From Macrostomum hystrix (Eukaryota > Animalia > Platyhelminthes): DNA of 64,000 nucleotides. The stretch lies in assembly GCA_950097015.1 (NCBI GenBank), contig CATNEN010000001.1, forward strand, positions 11,470,001-11,534,000, in the 5' to 3' direction. The position numbers and the translations under genes are program-made. Below are positions 13,163-26,799 of the stretch, piece after piece; positions within the stretch are counted from its first letter, which is position 1, and each line of letters begins with the position of its first letter. The notes under the pieces were generated by a model that worked only from the letters and a program-made list of their open reading frames with translations, searched no databases and was not told the DNA's origin.

Positions 13163-16100
13163 ATGTCCACAAATATAGCATTGCCACTAGACAGTGATGA
13201 CAACAGCAGTGTGGTTGTAGTTTGGAAGTCGGAGCTTTATCAACTGCAGCAGTCGGCACCGCAACCGCAGCCTGTGCTAAGCCAGCACCAACCTGAGTTA
13301 GATACTCCCCCACAGTATGGGCCTGAGTATCACGGAGCAATTGATCGAGCTGAAACTGAGCAGCTTTTAGCTAATGCTGGACAAGGCGCTTTTCTCATTC
13401 GTGACTCCAGTCGACACCCGGGCCAGTACACCCTGTCAATCAGATTCGATGACGAGAACAAGCACTTTCATTTGTACTACGATCCTGAATCTGGCGAGCA
13501 TTGGGTTGGCGAGAAACGCTTTGCCAATGTTTACGATCTAGTTGCAGATGGATTGATTCACTTCTATGTTGAAGCCAGGGGCGCTCACGTCCTGCAAGCT
13601 CTGGTGCACGATGCCGCTACCGTCTACGAGGAGTCACCTTATTACACCGCCAGGTAAGTTCCAGGCACCCAATCTGATCATCTAGCTACCCAATCTGATC
13701 ATGTAGCTACCCAATCTGATCATGTAGCTACCCAATCTGATCATCTAGCTACCCAATCTGATCATCTAGCTACCCAATCTGATCATCTACCTACCCAATC
13801 TGATCATCTAGCTACCCAATCTGATCATCTAGCTACCCAATCTGATCATGTAGCTACCCAATCTGATCATCTAGCTACCCAATCTGATAACCTAGCTACC
13901 CAATCTGATAACCTAGCTACCCAATCTGATCATCTAGCTACCCAATCTGATCATCTAGCTACCCAATCTGATCATCTAGCTACCCAATCTGATAATCTAG
14001 CTACCCAATCTGATCATGTAGCTACCCAATCTGATCATCTAGCTACCCAATCTGATAACCTAGCTACCCAATCTGATCATCTACCTACCCAATCTGATCA
14101 TCTAGCTACCCAATCTGATCATGTAGCTTCCCAATCTGATCATGTAGCTTCCCAATCTGATCATGTAGCTACCCAATCTGATCATCTAGCTACCCAATCT
14201 GATCATCTAGCTACCCAATCTGATCATGTAGCTTCCCAATCTGATCATCTACCTACCCAATCTGATCATCTAGCTACCCAATCTGATCATGTAGCTTCCC
14301 AATCTGATCATGTAGCTACCCAATCTGATCATGTAGCTACCCAATCTGATCATCTAGCTACCCAATCTGATCATCTAGCTACCCAATCTGATCATCTACC
14401 TACCCAATCTGATCATCTAGCTACCCAATCTGATAATCTAGCTACCCAATCTGATCATGTAGCTACCCAATCTGATCATCTAGCTACCCAATCTGATAAC
14501 CTAGCTACCCAATCTGATCATCTACCTACCCAATCTGATCATCTAGCTACCCAATCTGATCATCTAGCTACCCAATCTGATCATCTAGCTACCCAATCTG
14601 ATAATCTAGCTACCCAATCTGATCATGTAGCTACCCAATCTGATCATCTAGCTACCCAATCTGATAACCTAGCTACCCAATCTGATCATCTACCTACCCA
14701 ATCTGATCATCTAGCTACCCAATCTGATCATGTAGCTTCCCAATCTGATCATGTAGCTTCCCAATCTGATCATGTAGCTACCCAATCTGATCATCTAGCT
14801 ACCCAATCTGATCATCTAGCTACCCAATCTGATCATGTAGCTTCCCAATCTGATCATCTACCTACCCAATCTGATCATCTAGCTACCCAATCTGATCATG
14901 TAGCTTCCCAATCTGATCATGTAGCTTCCCAATCTGATCATGTAGCTACCCAATCTGATCATCTAGCTACCCAATCTGATCATGTAGCTACCCAATCTGA
15001 TCATGTAGCTACCCAATCTGATCATGTAGCTACCCAATCTGATCATGTAGCTACCCAATCTGATCATCTAGCTACCCAATCTGATCATCTAGCTACCCAA
15101 TCTGATCATCTAGCTACCCAATCTGATCATGTAGCTTCCCAATCTGATCATGTAGCTACCCAATCTGATCATGTAGCTACCCAATCTGATCATCTAGCTA
15201 CCCAATCTGATCATCTAGCTACCCAATCTGATCATCTAGCTACCCAATCTGATCATCTAGCTACCCAATCTCATCACCTAGCTACCCAATCTGATCATGT
15301 AGCTACCCAATCTGATCATCTAGCTACCCAATCTGATCATCTAGCTACCCAATCTGATCATCTAGCTACCCAATCTGATCATCTAGCTACCCAATCTCAT
15401 CACCTAGCTACCCAATCTCATCATGTAGCTACCCAATCTGATCATGTAGCTTCCCAATCTGATCATCTAGCTACCCAATCTGATCATCTAGCTACCCAAT
15501 CTGATCATCTAGCTACCCAATCTGATCACCTAGCTACCCAATCTGATCATCTAGCTACCCAATCTGATCATCTAGCTACCCAATCTGATCATGTAGCTAC
15601 CCAATCTGATCATCTAGCTACCCAATCTGATCATGTAGCTACCCAATCTGATCATCTAGCTACCCAATCTGATCACCTAGCTACCCAATCTGATCATCTA
15701 GCTACCCAATCTGATCATCTACCTACCCAATCTGATCATCTAGCTACCCAATCTGATCATGTAGCTTCCCAATCTGATCATCTAGCTACCCAATCTGATC
15801 ATCTAGCTACCCAATCTGATCATCTAGCTACCCAATCTGATCATGTAGCTACCCAATCTGATCATCTAGCTACCCAATCTGATCATGTAGCTACCCAATC
15901 TGATCATCTAGCTACCCAATCTGATCACCTAGCTACCCAATCTGATCATCTAGCTACCCAATCTGATCATCTACCTACCCAATCTGATCATCTAGCTACC
16001 CAATCTGATCATGTAGCTTCCCAATCTGATCATCTAGCTACCCAATCTGATCATCTAGCTACCCAATCTGATCATCTAGCTACCCAATCTGATCATGTAG

Positions 16101-19100
16101 CTACCCAATCTGATCATCTAGCTACCCAATCTGATCATCTAGCTACCCAATCTGATCATCTAGCTACCCAATCTGATCATCTAGCTACCCAATCTCATCA
16201 CCTAGCTACCCAATCTGATCATGTAGCTACCCAATCTGATCATCTAGCTACCCAATCTGATCATCTAGCTACCCAATCTGATCATCTAGCTACCCAATCT
16301 GATCATCTAGCTACCCAATCTGATCATCTAGCTACCCAATCTGATCATCTAGCTACCCAATCTGATCATGTAGCTACCCAATCTGATCATCTAGCTACCC
16401 AATCTGATCATCTAGCTACCCAATCTGATCATCTAGCTACCCAATCTGATCATGTAGCTACCCAATCTGATCATCTAGCTACCCAATCTGATCATGTAGC
16501 TACCCAATCTGATCATCTAGCTACCCAATCTGATCATCTAGCTACCCAATCTGATCATCTAGCTACCCAATCTGATCATGTAGCTACCCAATCTGATCAT
16601 CTAGCTACCCAATCTGATCATCTAGCTACCCAATCTGATCATGTAGCTACCCAATCTGATCATGTAGCTACCCAATCTGATCATCTAGCTACCCAATCTG
16701 ATCATGTAGCTATCCAATCTGATCACATAGCTACCCAATCTGATCATCTAGCTACCCAATCTGATCATGTAGCTATCCAATCTGATCACATAGCTACCCA
16801 ATCTGATCATGTAGCTATCCAATCTGATCATCTAGCTACCCAATCTGATCACCTAGCTACCCAATCTGATCATCTAGCTACCCAATCTGATCATCTACCT
16901 ACCCAATCTGATCACCTAGCTACCCAATCTGATCATCTAGCTACCCAATCTGATAATCTAGCTACCCAATCTGATCATCTAGCTACCCAATCTGATCATC
17001 TAGCTACCCAATCTGATCACCTAGCTACCCAATCTGATCATCTAGCTACCCAATCTGATCATCTACCTACCCAATCTGATCACCTAGCTACCCAATCTGA
17101 TCATCTAGCTACCCAATCTGATAATCTAGCTACCCAATCTGATCATGTAGCTACCCAATCTGATCATCTAGCTACCCAATCTGATCATCTAGCTACCCAA
17201 TCTGATCATGTAGCTTCCCAATCTGATCATCTACCTACCCAATCTGATCATCTAGCTACCCAATCTGATCATGTAGCTTCCCAATCTGATCATCTAGCTA
17301 CCCAATCTGATCATCTAGCTACCCAATCTGATCATCTAGCTACCCAATCTCATCACCTAGCTACCCAATCTCATCATCTAGCTACCCAATCTCATCATCT
17401 AGCTACCCAATCTCATCACCTAGCTACCCAATCTGATCATCTAGCTACCCAATCTCATCATCTAGCTACCCAATCTGATCATCTAGCTACCCAATCTGAT
17501 AATCTAGCTACCCAATCTGATCATCTAGCTACCCAATCTGATCATGTAGCTACCCAATCTGATCATCTAGCTACCCAATCTGATCATCTAGCTAACCAAT
17601 CTCATCACCTAGCTACCCAATCTCATCATCTAGCTACCCAATCTCATCACCTAGCTACCCAATCTGATCATCTAGCTACCCAATCTGATCATCTAGCTAC
17701 CCAATCTCATCACCTAGCTACCCAATCTCATCATCTAGCTACCCAATCTCATCATCTAGCTACCCAATCTCATCACCTAGCTACCCAATCTGATCATCTA
17801 GCTACCCAATCTCATCATCTAGCTACCCAATCTGATCATCTAGCTACCCAATCTGATCATCTAGCTACCCAATCTGATCATCTAGCTACCCAATCTCATC
17901 ACCTAGCTACCCAATCTCATCACCTAGCTACCCAATCTCATCATCTAGCTACCCAATCTGATCATCTAGCTACCCAATCTGATCATCTAGCTACCCAATC
18001 TGATCATCTAGCTACCCAATCTCATCACCTAGCTACCCAATCTCATCACCTAGCTACCCAATCTCATCATCTAGCTACCCAATCTGATCATCTAGCTACC
18101 CAATCTGATCATCTAGCTACCCAATCTGATCATCTAGCTACCCAATCTGATCATCTAGCTACCCAATCTGATCATCTAGCTACCCAATCTCATCACCTAG
18201 CTACCCAATCTCATCACCTAGCTACCCAATCTGATCATCTAGCTACCCAATCTGATCATCTAGCTACCCAATCTGATCATCTAGCTACCCAATCTGATCA
18301 TCTAGCTACCCAATCTGATCATCTAGCTACCCAATCTGATCATCTAGCTACCCAATCTGATCATCTAGCTACCCAATCTGATCATCTAGCTACCCAATCT
18401 GATCATCTAGCTACCCAATCTCATCACCTAGCTACCCAATCAGGCATCTGTCTCCATCATCCACTCCTCAGGTATTATACTCTGCAAAGTCGGGGCTGGC
18501 GCCGTCGTCCAGCTCCGAGCGCCGTCGGCGCCGCCAACGCAGGCGCTCCCGGTGCGACAACAGCCAGGCGGGACTCTCGTTTGATTTATCTGCAACAGCA
18601 GGAACAGCGTCACAGGCGAGCCAGCGAAGATGGAGCTACATCAGCTAGTGCTGCCAATTCCATTGTGGCGCCTGTGGCTGTGGTGGCCTCACTATCGCCT
18701 GCGGCAATCTCTACCGCGGCTTCGGCCTCTTCAACCTCGGAGCGAGACGAACGGGACAGCAGCGGCGCCGAGACAGGCGGCAGCAGTCTGAGCCTGAACT
18801 CGGCCAGCTGCTGCGACACTGGCAAATACGAGAAAGCACATTGCTTCAAATTGACCACATTTAAGGGGCCGCATTGGTGCGACTTTTGTCAGCACTTTAT
18901 GTGGGGACTCATTGCTCAGGTGAGAAGCTAGCTGATTACTAATGCAATTCAAATCCCCATCCATAGACTGTGAGAAATTACCTTCCCAAATCCATCAGGA
19001 TGCAGAAATCCTCATCCTAAATCCATCAGGAATCCTCATCCTAAATCCATCAGCAATCCCCATCCTAAATCCATAAGGAATCCACATCCTAAATCCATAA

Positions 19101-22100
19101 GGAATCCACATCCTAAATCCATAAGGAATCACCATCCTGAATCCATAAGGAATCCCATCCTGAATCCATAAGGAATCCCATCCTAAATCCATAAGGAATC
19201 CCATCCTGAATCCATAAGGAATCCCATCCTAAATCCATAAGGAATCCCATCCTAAATCCATAAGGAATCCTATCCTAAATCCATAAGGAATCCCCATCCT
19301 AAATCCATAAGCAATCTCATCCTAAATCCAACAGGAATCTCATCCTAAATCCATAAGGAATCCCATCCTAAATCCATAAGGAATCCCATCCTAAATTCAT
19401 AAGGAATCCCATCCTAAATCCATCAGGAATCCCATCCTAAATCAATAAGGAATCCCCATCCTAAATCCATAAGGAATCCCATCCTAAATCCATAAGGAAT
19501 CCCATCCTAAATCCATAAGGAATCCCATCCTAAATCCATAAGGAATCCCATCCTAAATTCATAAGGAATCCCATCCTAAATCCATAAGGAATCCCATCCT
19601 AAATCCATAAGGAATCCCATCCTAAATCCATAAGGAATCACCATCCATGCAGCAAGATTTATTTTGATAAAAGGCATTAGATATTAGAGTTTCCCAATGC
19701 AACTGGTATTTTGCATATCAGATATTAAATGTTGACAGTGTCTGTCCCCAGGCATAATTCCTTTTCGCATATAAATAGGATTCTGCGCGGAGGGGGAAAA
19801 ATACATATGAAACAGAATATAATTCTACGGACCCACTTTCCTCTCTAGCCCTATGACTAGCCGCTCTCTCCCAAATATAAATATCCCATTCCATTCCCTC
19901 TCATTTCATGGATCTTTCCCCCGCCGCATTATAAATTAGAAAGTGTGAAGAGAACTGTTTCAAGCTTCGATCCAGTCACCATTTTCTGCTTTTGGGTCAT
20001 TTTTTGTATTTTTATTATTAATATTCCGTGCAGAACTGTATGACGCTTATCTTCACTAAAAATCCCGGAACATCCCGTTTCCGAAATGGGATATTTTTCC
20101 CTAATTGGTATAGCTTTTCTCTCTATTCTATATTGTTATTACAAAGCGGTATCGTTTTAGATTCTAGGTTGTGACCATATTGCAAGCATGGCTATGCTTT
20201 CATCCACTTGAGTTTAGGTTTGCTTTTTAAAGCCAGACATTTCAAACTTGTATTGTTATATTTCTAGATGATCTTTAATTCTCTGTCCCTAAATGATAAT
20301 TTCTACTTTTGTATGTAAACTGATACGGAAATTCGTAGTGGACAGATTAGACTTCAAAATTGTAGGTAGAGTATTACGAGGGGCGATCAAAAAGTTCTGC
20401 AAGCTGCGTTATTACAAAGTCCAGAGAAAACTGGAGCACACATTCAGTGTCGCATTCCCTCAAAGTACTTCCCCTCAGCTTCAATGCACCGTTGCATTCG
20501 CATCCGCCAGGTCTGGAAGCAGCTGAGGTACTCTGATGTTGGTAGTCTCTCGAGTTCTGATTTGGTCCTGAATGCGAGAAAAGACCATGTTGGACTGCTT
20601 GTCCTTCATCGTGAAGAAGGAAATCCAACATTCGTCTCCTGTCACGACAGCTCCAGCCACAGGCGGCAGATTCGCACGCGCTCAGCGCACTGTTCCATTG
20701 TGAGCATGTGCGGCACCCAGCGGGCGCAGGTCTTGGAGCGGCCCAGCTGCTCATGCATGATGGTGTGGGCGCTTCCATAGTTGACACCGAACTCGTAGGC
20801 AAGGAATCTCAGTGTCACACCGCAATCCTCACGCACAATTGTGTCCGCGCGGGCCACTGATGCCTTGGTCACGGATGTCCGGGGTCGTCCAGACTGACTC
20901 TCGTCTTTGGAGCTCGTTCGTCCATCGGTAAAGTGGCGCATCCTGCGTGCGACAGTGTCAGATGACGGCGCAGCTTCAGCCAACACTGAAACTAAGTCGC
21001 TGTGAATTTCCACAGCTTTTTCCCCAGATGCATGCGCATACGAGTATAGACGTAGAAGCGAATGTTGTCTTTTGACGATTCCATGTACAGGCTGAAAACT
21101 GAAACTGATTCTCGAAATCAACTGAAACTCTACAAGGAAGGAGAAAACAAAATTTTGAATAACTCCAGCAAATTTCACTTTATTTGGTGCAGCAGAAGTG
21201 GCTACAGGACAGTTGGTTGCAGAACTTTTTGATCGCCCCTCGTATTACTCCGTTTTAGGGAGATTACGATTACCCCATTTTAGGTAAATTTTACTTTTCC
21301 GATTGTAGGGAGTTTATACTTACACCAAATATGCGGAGAGTTCTATAATTATCCCATTCTGTGCGAATTTCTAGACTTTACAAAATATGTACTGTACTGT
21401 TCAGTTCTAGTTAGACTTATCCCATTCTGGGGAGGTTCTAGGTTTTTTTAGAATAATCCCATTTTACAAATATCCAAAGATACTTCTAGACCTACTTAGA
21501 GAAAGTTAAATAGGGAGTTTTTTGTGTAGTTTTCTGAAATCCTCAAAAGGAACTATTTCCCATTTTAATCGCTGCCTTGCCAGGGCTTCCGCTGCTCCGA
21601 CTGCGGCTTCCAGGCGCATCGCCGCTGCGCCGACCGCGTTCCCCCACACTGCCTGCCGGACATGAAGTACGTGAAGCGAGTGTTCGGCTCCGACCTGACC
21701 ACCCTGGTCAAGGCCATGCCGCCAGCAGCTGTGCCCGGTGTGCCAGCTGTTCTAGAACGCTGCGTTGACGAGATCGAATCTCGCGGCCTGGACTCCGAAG
21801 GTCTCTACAGGGTAGCCGGATTTCATGACGACATCGAAGTGATCAAACTGGCATTCGACAAGGAGACATCGGATTCGCCGGTTGACCTAGCCAGATTTGA
21901 CGATGTCAACACCGTTGCCAGCGTGTTGAAGGCCTACCTGCGCTCACTGCCGATTCCCGTCATCACCTACGACATGTACGACAAGTTCCTGTCCGTGGTC
22001 AGACGCGAAGGCGTTGACAGCGCCCCGCAGCTCAACAGCAGCCTGCGTCAGTGCGTGGCCGAACTGCCTCCAGCCCACAGGCAGACGCTTAACTACCTGT

Positions 22101-22303
22101 GCCGACACCTCAGCAGAGTGGCCAGCAGGCAGCGAGTCAATATGATGTCACCTGAGAATCTGGCTATTGTGCTGGCCCCAACCCTGCTGCGCTCCCCGAG
22201 AGCCGATGTTATCTCCGATCCTCTGCGTGCTCTCAACAATGCCAAGTATGAGAGACTGGTTGTGGAGTTGCTCATCTCAGAGTATGACACCGTCTTCGCC
22301 TGA
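13163..22303 (+). CDS. CHN1: Chimaerin-family Rac GAP (SH2-C1-RhoGAP), 552 aa; exons 13163-13653, 18472-18919, 21584-22303
   Basis: N-terminal [11 protein letters not shown] motif, SH2 ([14 protein letters not shown]...FLIRDS), complete C1 ([27 protein letters not shown]|[15 protein letters not shown]...C) and RhoGAP with Arg finger [12 protein letters not shown] introns have consistent phases (2,0). The symbol denotes the CHN1/CHN2 family. Confidence 0.93.
13667..18441. repeat. 21-bp minisatellite CTAGCTACCCAATCTGATCAT, ~225 copies, filling chimaerin intron 1
   Basis: Tandem periodicity over about 4.8 kb. Confidence 0.98.
18985..19645. repeat. 23-bp minisatellite AGGAATCCCATCCTAAATCCATA
   Basis: Tandem periodicity. 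Confidence 0.95.
20377..21242 (-). mobile_element. Internally deleted Tc1/mariner element in chimaerin intron 2
   Basis: 26-bp TIRs CGAGGGGCGATCAAAAAGTTCTGCAA with a TA duplication on both sides. The transposase remnant has an HTH, SGRP, WVPHML, TGDECW and the C-terminal [17 protein letters not shown]; the catalytic core between these is missing. Confidence 0.93.
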
Positions 22304-22424
22304 ACTCTCTTGCTCTTCTGACATTGATGCTTCTCGAACACTGCTTCTGGAGCTGTCCCATTCCTTCTCCCGCAGAACACAGAATCCCGCTTCTATGAAA
22401 TGTCTCTTCGTTTCTACAATACTT

Positions 22425-23220
22425 CTTCCCATTTTCCCCACTTCTACACATTTCTCCCAATTTCTCCCAATTTTTCCCATTTCTCCCTACGTCGCTTCAT
22501 TTCTCCTCATTTCTCCCTTCTTCACCCCATTTCTCCCCAATTCTCCCCATTTCTCCCCAATTCTCCCTATTTCTCCATATTTCTCCCCATTTCTCCATAT
22601 TTCTCCCCATTTCTCCCCATTTCTCCCGATTTCTCCCCAATACTCCCCCATATTTCTCCACAATTCTCCCCATTTCTCCACAATTCTCCCCAATTCTCCC
22701 CATTTCTCCCCAATTCTCCCCAATTCTCCCGACTTCTCCATATTTCTCCCCATTTCTACATATTTCTCCCCATTTCTCCCCATTTCTTACCGATTCTCCC
22801 ATTTCTCCATATTTCTCCCAATTCTCCCCATTTCTCCACAATTCTCCTCGATTCTCCCCATTTCTCCACAATTCTCCCCAATTCTCCCCATTTCTCCATA
22901 ATTCTCCCCAATTCTCCCATTTCTCCCCATTTCTCCATATTTCTCCCATTTCTCCCCAATTCTCCCCATTTCTCCCCATTTCTCCCTATTTCTCCCCAAT
23001 TCTCCATATTTCTCCCCATTTCTCCATAATTCTCCCCAATTCTCCCATTTCTCCCCATTTCTCCATATTTCTCCCATTTCTCCCCAATTCTCCCCATTTC
23101 TCCCCATTTCTCCCTATTTCTCCCCAATTCTCCATATTTCTCCCCATTTCTCCATATTTCTCCCCATTTCTCCATATTTCTCCCCATTTCTCCACAATTC
23201 TCCCGATTTCTTCCCACTTC
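22425..23220. repeat. ~10-bp pyrimidine-rich repeat TTCTCCCCA(T/A)
   Basis: Degenerate tandem repeat just downstream of the chimaerin stop codon. Confidence 0.93.
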
Positions 23221-23911
23221 TACCATATTGAATTATTCCTTCCTCAGCAATAGTCGGCTAACCTTTAGGTCATAAAATAAGATAGTGATCTTGAATCACA
23301 TCATAGCGTGCGCAATCGTTTTATTCTTGCTTACTTGTTTTAAACTCTACCTTTGTTTTAGCTGTTGAGTTTTTTGTATACAAAAAGGTTCTTAACTAAA
23401 TATGGCAATCTTTCTTGTTTGTTACAATCGATCTGTTCTAACTGTGCCTATATGCACATTTGCTACTCATGTATGAGGGATTGAACTATATATTTTAGGC
23501 ATTCTAACAATAGCAACTACACAAGTCTTTCTAATTTGCTTCTAGTGTGCATAAACCATAATATGCAATCAATTAGTGTTACACATGCTTCGTTAATTTT
23601 TTATTTGCTAGTCGTCTGCTTTTAAAAGCGGTCTCATTAATCAGTGTGTTCAACGGTGGCTAGGTGGTTTTGCTACTTTGGCTTGCTTAGTAACAAAAAT
23701 ACTGCCTTTTTTCTTACATCAAACTCGCATTATTGACTCGCTTTTCGCTAGGCCAGTATTCTGTGTGCCCTCAGGTCTATAATTGCTTCAGATCTGTTGT
23801 CTCAAATTGCTCTTGATTTAGTGTACATTGTACTCGTATTTATGAAATGTACTTTTAATGCGCTTGATTAATTCTAGGTGTCATTTGCACTTTTACTGTC
23901 CTAAATGGTCT

Positions 23912-24596
23912 AGCTTGTAGCCTAGTGGTTAGGGCGTTGCAATCACCACTTGTAGGCCGGGGTTCGATTCCCGACTCCATTGGAACAATTTGTGTCCTTC
24001 AGCAAGACACTTAACAGGGGGTCGGTGGCAGAGCGGTTATCGCGTTTGCCTCTCGCACCACGGTCCCTAAGTTCGATTCCACGGCGAGGCCACATTTATT
24101 TGGGGCGCAGCCGCGGAGAGAAGGCTTGGGGGCTTGTCGTGCAATTTACACCCTTTAGGGCCAACCTCCAAGGCACAGTGAGAGTGTACACTGCCTGACG
24201 ATGAGAAAGTCAGGGCAGATGTACACACCTGTGTGAGCGTGTGCCTGCGTACAGTATCTGTGTGCGTGTGTGCTCAGGAGTCAGCGAAATGGGCAGAATT
24301 GCCTCCTCGCTGGCTGCGGGTCTAGTGTCACTAAATGATGTGCCATTGCCCGCAGCCCTCCTGCAATTATTATTATTATTAAGACAATTAACTCTGCATT
24401 GCTTCAGTTCACCCAGCTGTTAAATGGGTACCAGAATCAGCTGGGATAATTGAGGGTGGGTGTGGCGTCCCCCCAGTCCATGGACTGAACAGCCGTGCGC
24501 AGCCTTCAGATGCGCCGCGCAATAGCTGGGGCTATGCTGTCGGCTGCACATCTGTCCCTATTGGCGCAGGTGTAATCAATAATTATCAATCATTAT
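23912..24596 (+). mobile_element. tRNA-derived SINE family B, interrupted by a family A copy
   Basis: A box TAGCCTAGTGG, B box GGTTCGATTCC, core GCAAGACACTTAACTCTGCATTGCTTCAGTTCACCCAGCTGTTAAATGGGTACC; colinear with the copy at 62392. Confidence 0.85.
24016..24380 (+). mobile_element. tRNA-derived SINE family A, full length
   Basis: A box TGGCAGAGCGG, B box GTTCGATTCC, (ATT)n tail, 12-bp TSD aagacacttaac/aagacaattaac. Confidence 0.9.
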
Positions 24597-25087
24597 GCCT
24601 TAGAACGGGGCCTCATATTCTAGACTCAATTTTATTAGTAGAATTCAAATCTTAAACTGTTAAAAGTGCATAAAATTCTCATTTTTAATTGGCATCCAAG
24701 TCTAGAAATAGGTAAGAGTATATTATTTGCTAAATTTGCCATATTTGCTACTAACATTCTTAACTCAGTTGTTTATTGGTAGAGAATATTGTCGTTTCTT
24801 TTTCGTATTTTTCTGCAAAAATCACGCCTTCTCAGAAGCCTAAAGCTTTTATGCTTTTTTATATTCCAAAACCAGAGTCTGTCGCTTGAAGCAATGCCTT
24901 TTTGTACTCAAAAACATTTTACGCTTTTTTTATCAGCGCGTGTTGCTGATAAATTCACTTTAATCTGATTTGTGTGCTTTTCCAATGAATGCTGCAATGC
25001 TGTCTCAAATATATAAAGTCTACTATAGCTTTATATGTATTATACTCCATATTATAGAACTCTCGAACTCACTGTTAACTCTTAACT

Positions 25088-26070
25088 CAGTGTGTACTCC
25101 CTAACCTGTTACAGGATGGTGTTAGACACCTGTTCTAGTATGTGTGTACTCACTAACCTGTTACAGGATGGTGTTAGACACCTGTTCTAGTATGTGTGCA
25201 CTCCCTAACCTGTTACAGGATAGTGTTAGACACCTGTTCTAGTGTGTGTGCACTCCCTAACCTGTTACAGGATAGTGTTAGACACCTGTTCTAGTGTGTG
25301 TGCACTCCCTAACCTGTTACAGGATGGTGTTAGTCACCTGTTCTAGTGTGTGTGTGTACTCACTAATCTGTTACAGGATGGTGTTAGACACCTGTTCTAG
25401 TGTGTGTGTACTCACTAATCTGTTACAGGATGGTGTTAGTCACCTGTTCTAGTGTGTGTGTACTGCCTAACCTGTTACAGGATGGTGTTAGACACCTGTT
25501 CTAGTGTGTGTGTACTCACTAACCTGTTACAGGATGGTGTTAGACACCTGTTCTAGTGTGTGTGTACTCACTAACCTGTTACAGGATGGTGTTAGTCACC
25601 TGTTCTAGTGTGTGTGTACTCCCTAACCTGTTACAGGATGGTGTTAGACACCTGTTCTAGTGTGTGTGTACTCCCTAACCTGTTACATGATAGTGTTAGA
25701 CACCTGTTCTAGTGTGTGTGTACTCCCTAACCTGTTACAGGATAGTGTTAGACACCTGTTCTAGTGTGTGTGTACTCCCTAACCTGTTACAGGATGGTGT
25801 TAGACACCTGTTCTAGTGTGTGTGTACTCCCTAACCTGTTACAGGATGGTGTTAGACACCTGTTCTAGTGTGTGTGTACTCACTAATCTGTTACAGGATG
25901 GTGTTAGACAGCTGTTCTAGTGTGTGTGTACTCACTAACCTGTTACAGGATGGTGTTAGTCACCTGTTCTAGTGTGTGTGCACTCCCTAACCTGTTACAG
26001 GATGGTGTTAGTCACCTGTTCTAGTGTGTGTGTACTCTCTAACCTGTTACAGGATGGTGTTAGACACCAG
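25088..26070. repeat. 52-bp minisatellite CTAACCTGTTACAGGATGGTGTTAGACACCTGTTCTAGTGTGTGTGTACTCC
   Basis: Tandem periodicity (for example, units start at 25621 and 25673). Confidence 0.95.
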
Positions 26071-26799
26071 TTACCTGTGTCTGATCTAGTCTAACACCGG
26101 TTTACAATGAACTACTGAGTGTTGGAGCGGCTGCATTCCATAGACACAAGTAGTGGTTAGATTTAGCGGTTAAATTAGCATAATAAATTCATTAAGACTG
26201 CACGCCTACCAGTTACTGCTTTATTTATCGCGGGCCAAGTTTGTTCCTCCTGGATTGAATTGAATCAAGAAAAGAGAATTAGCATTTTCAAATGCATTTA
26301 CATACCAGTGCATACTGCATGGTTTAGCTACCTAATCTAATCAACAGTTTTATTGGTCCGTGTGTTAGACAATAATAGACAGTTCTGTTTTACAGATAAG
26401 TGTTTATAGCGTTAAAGAACGGTGAGGTTGTATCAAAAATGCAAGCCATGTGGCTAATAAAAAGTTTTAATACTACGTTTAATGAAAATTGCGTTCTGGA
26501 ACATGTGAAAGTTAGTTAAAGCGTTAACTTTCTTCCACAGGTGTGCCAGATGGTGTGACTATAATTGTGGCGTTGTTAATTGCACTGATTTTCTCCTGTG
26601 GAACCGTGGCTAATTGGCTGGTGTAGCCATTCACTTATTTGAGTTTATTACCTATGCATTTACTGCAGTTGCACGAGGAGCTAATTCGGCTGAAATTGCA
26701 TTGAACGATTGGCTAAGAGGCTAACACAGGCTCACAGTGGCTTACAGATGGAGTAGAGAATTCACAGGACAGCTTGTGTCGCTGTACACTGCAGGCGAT

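Noticed and set aside
24190-24220. Hammerhead ribozyme (CTGACGATGAGAAA resembles CUGANGA...GAAA)
   Set aside because: The bases form a simple hairpin, and the three-stem hammerhead geometry cannot be built.
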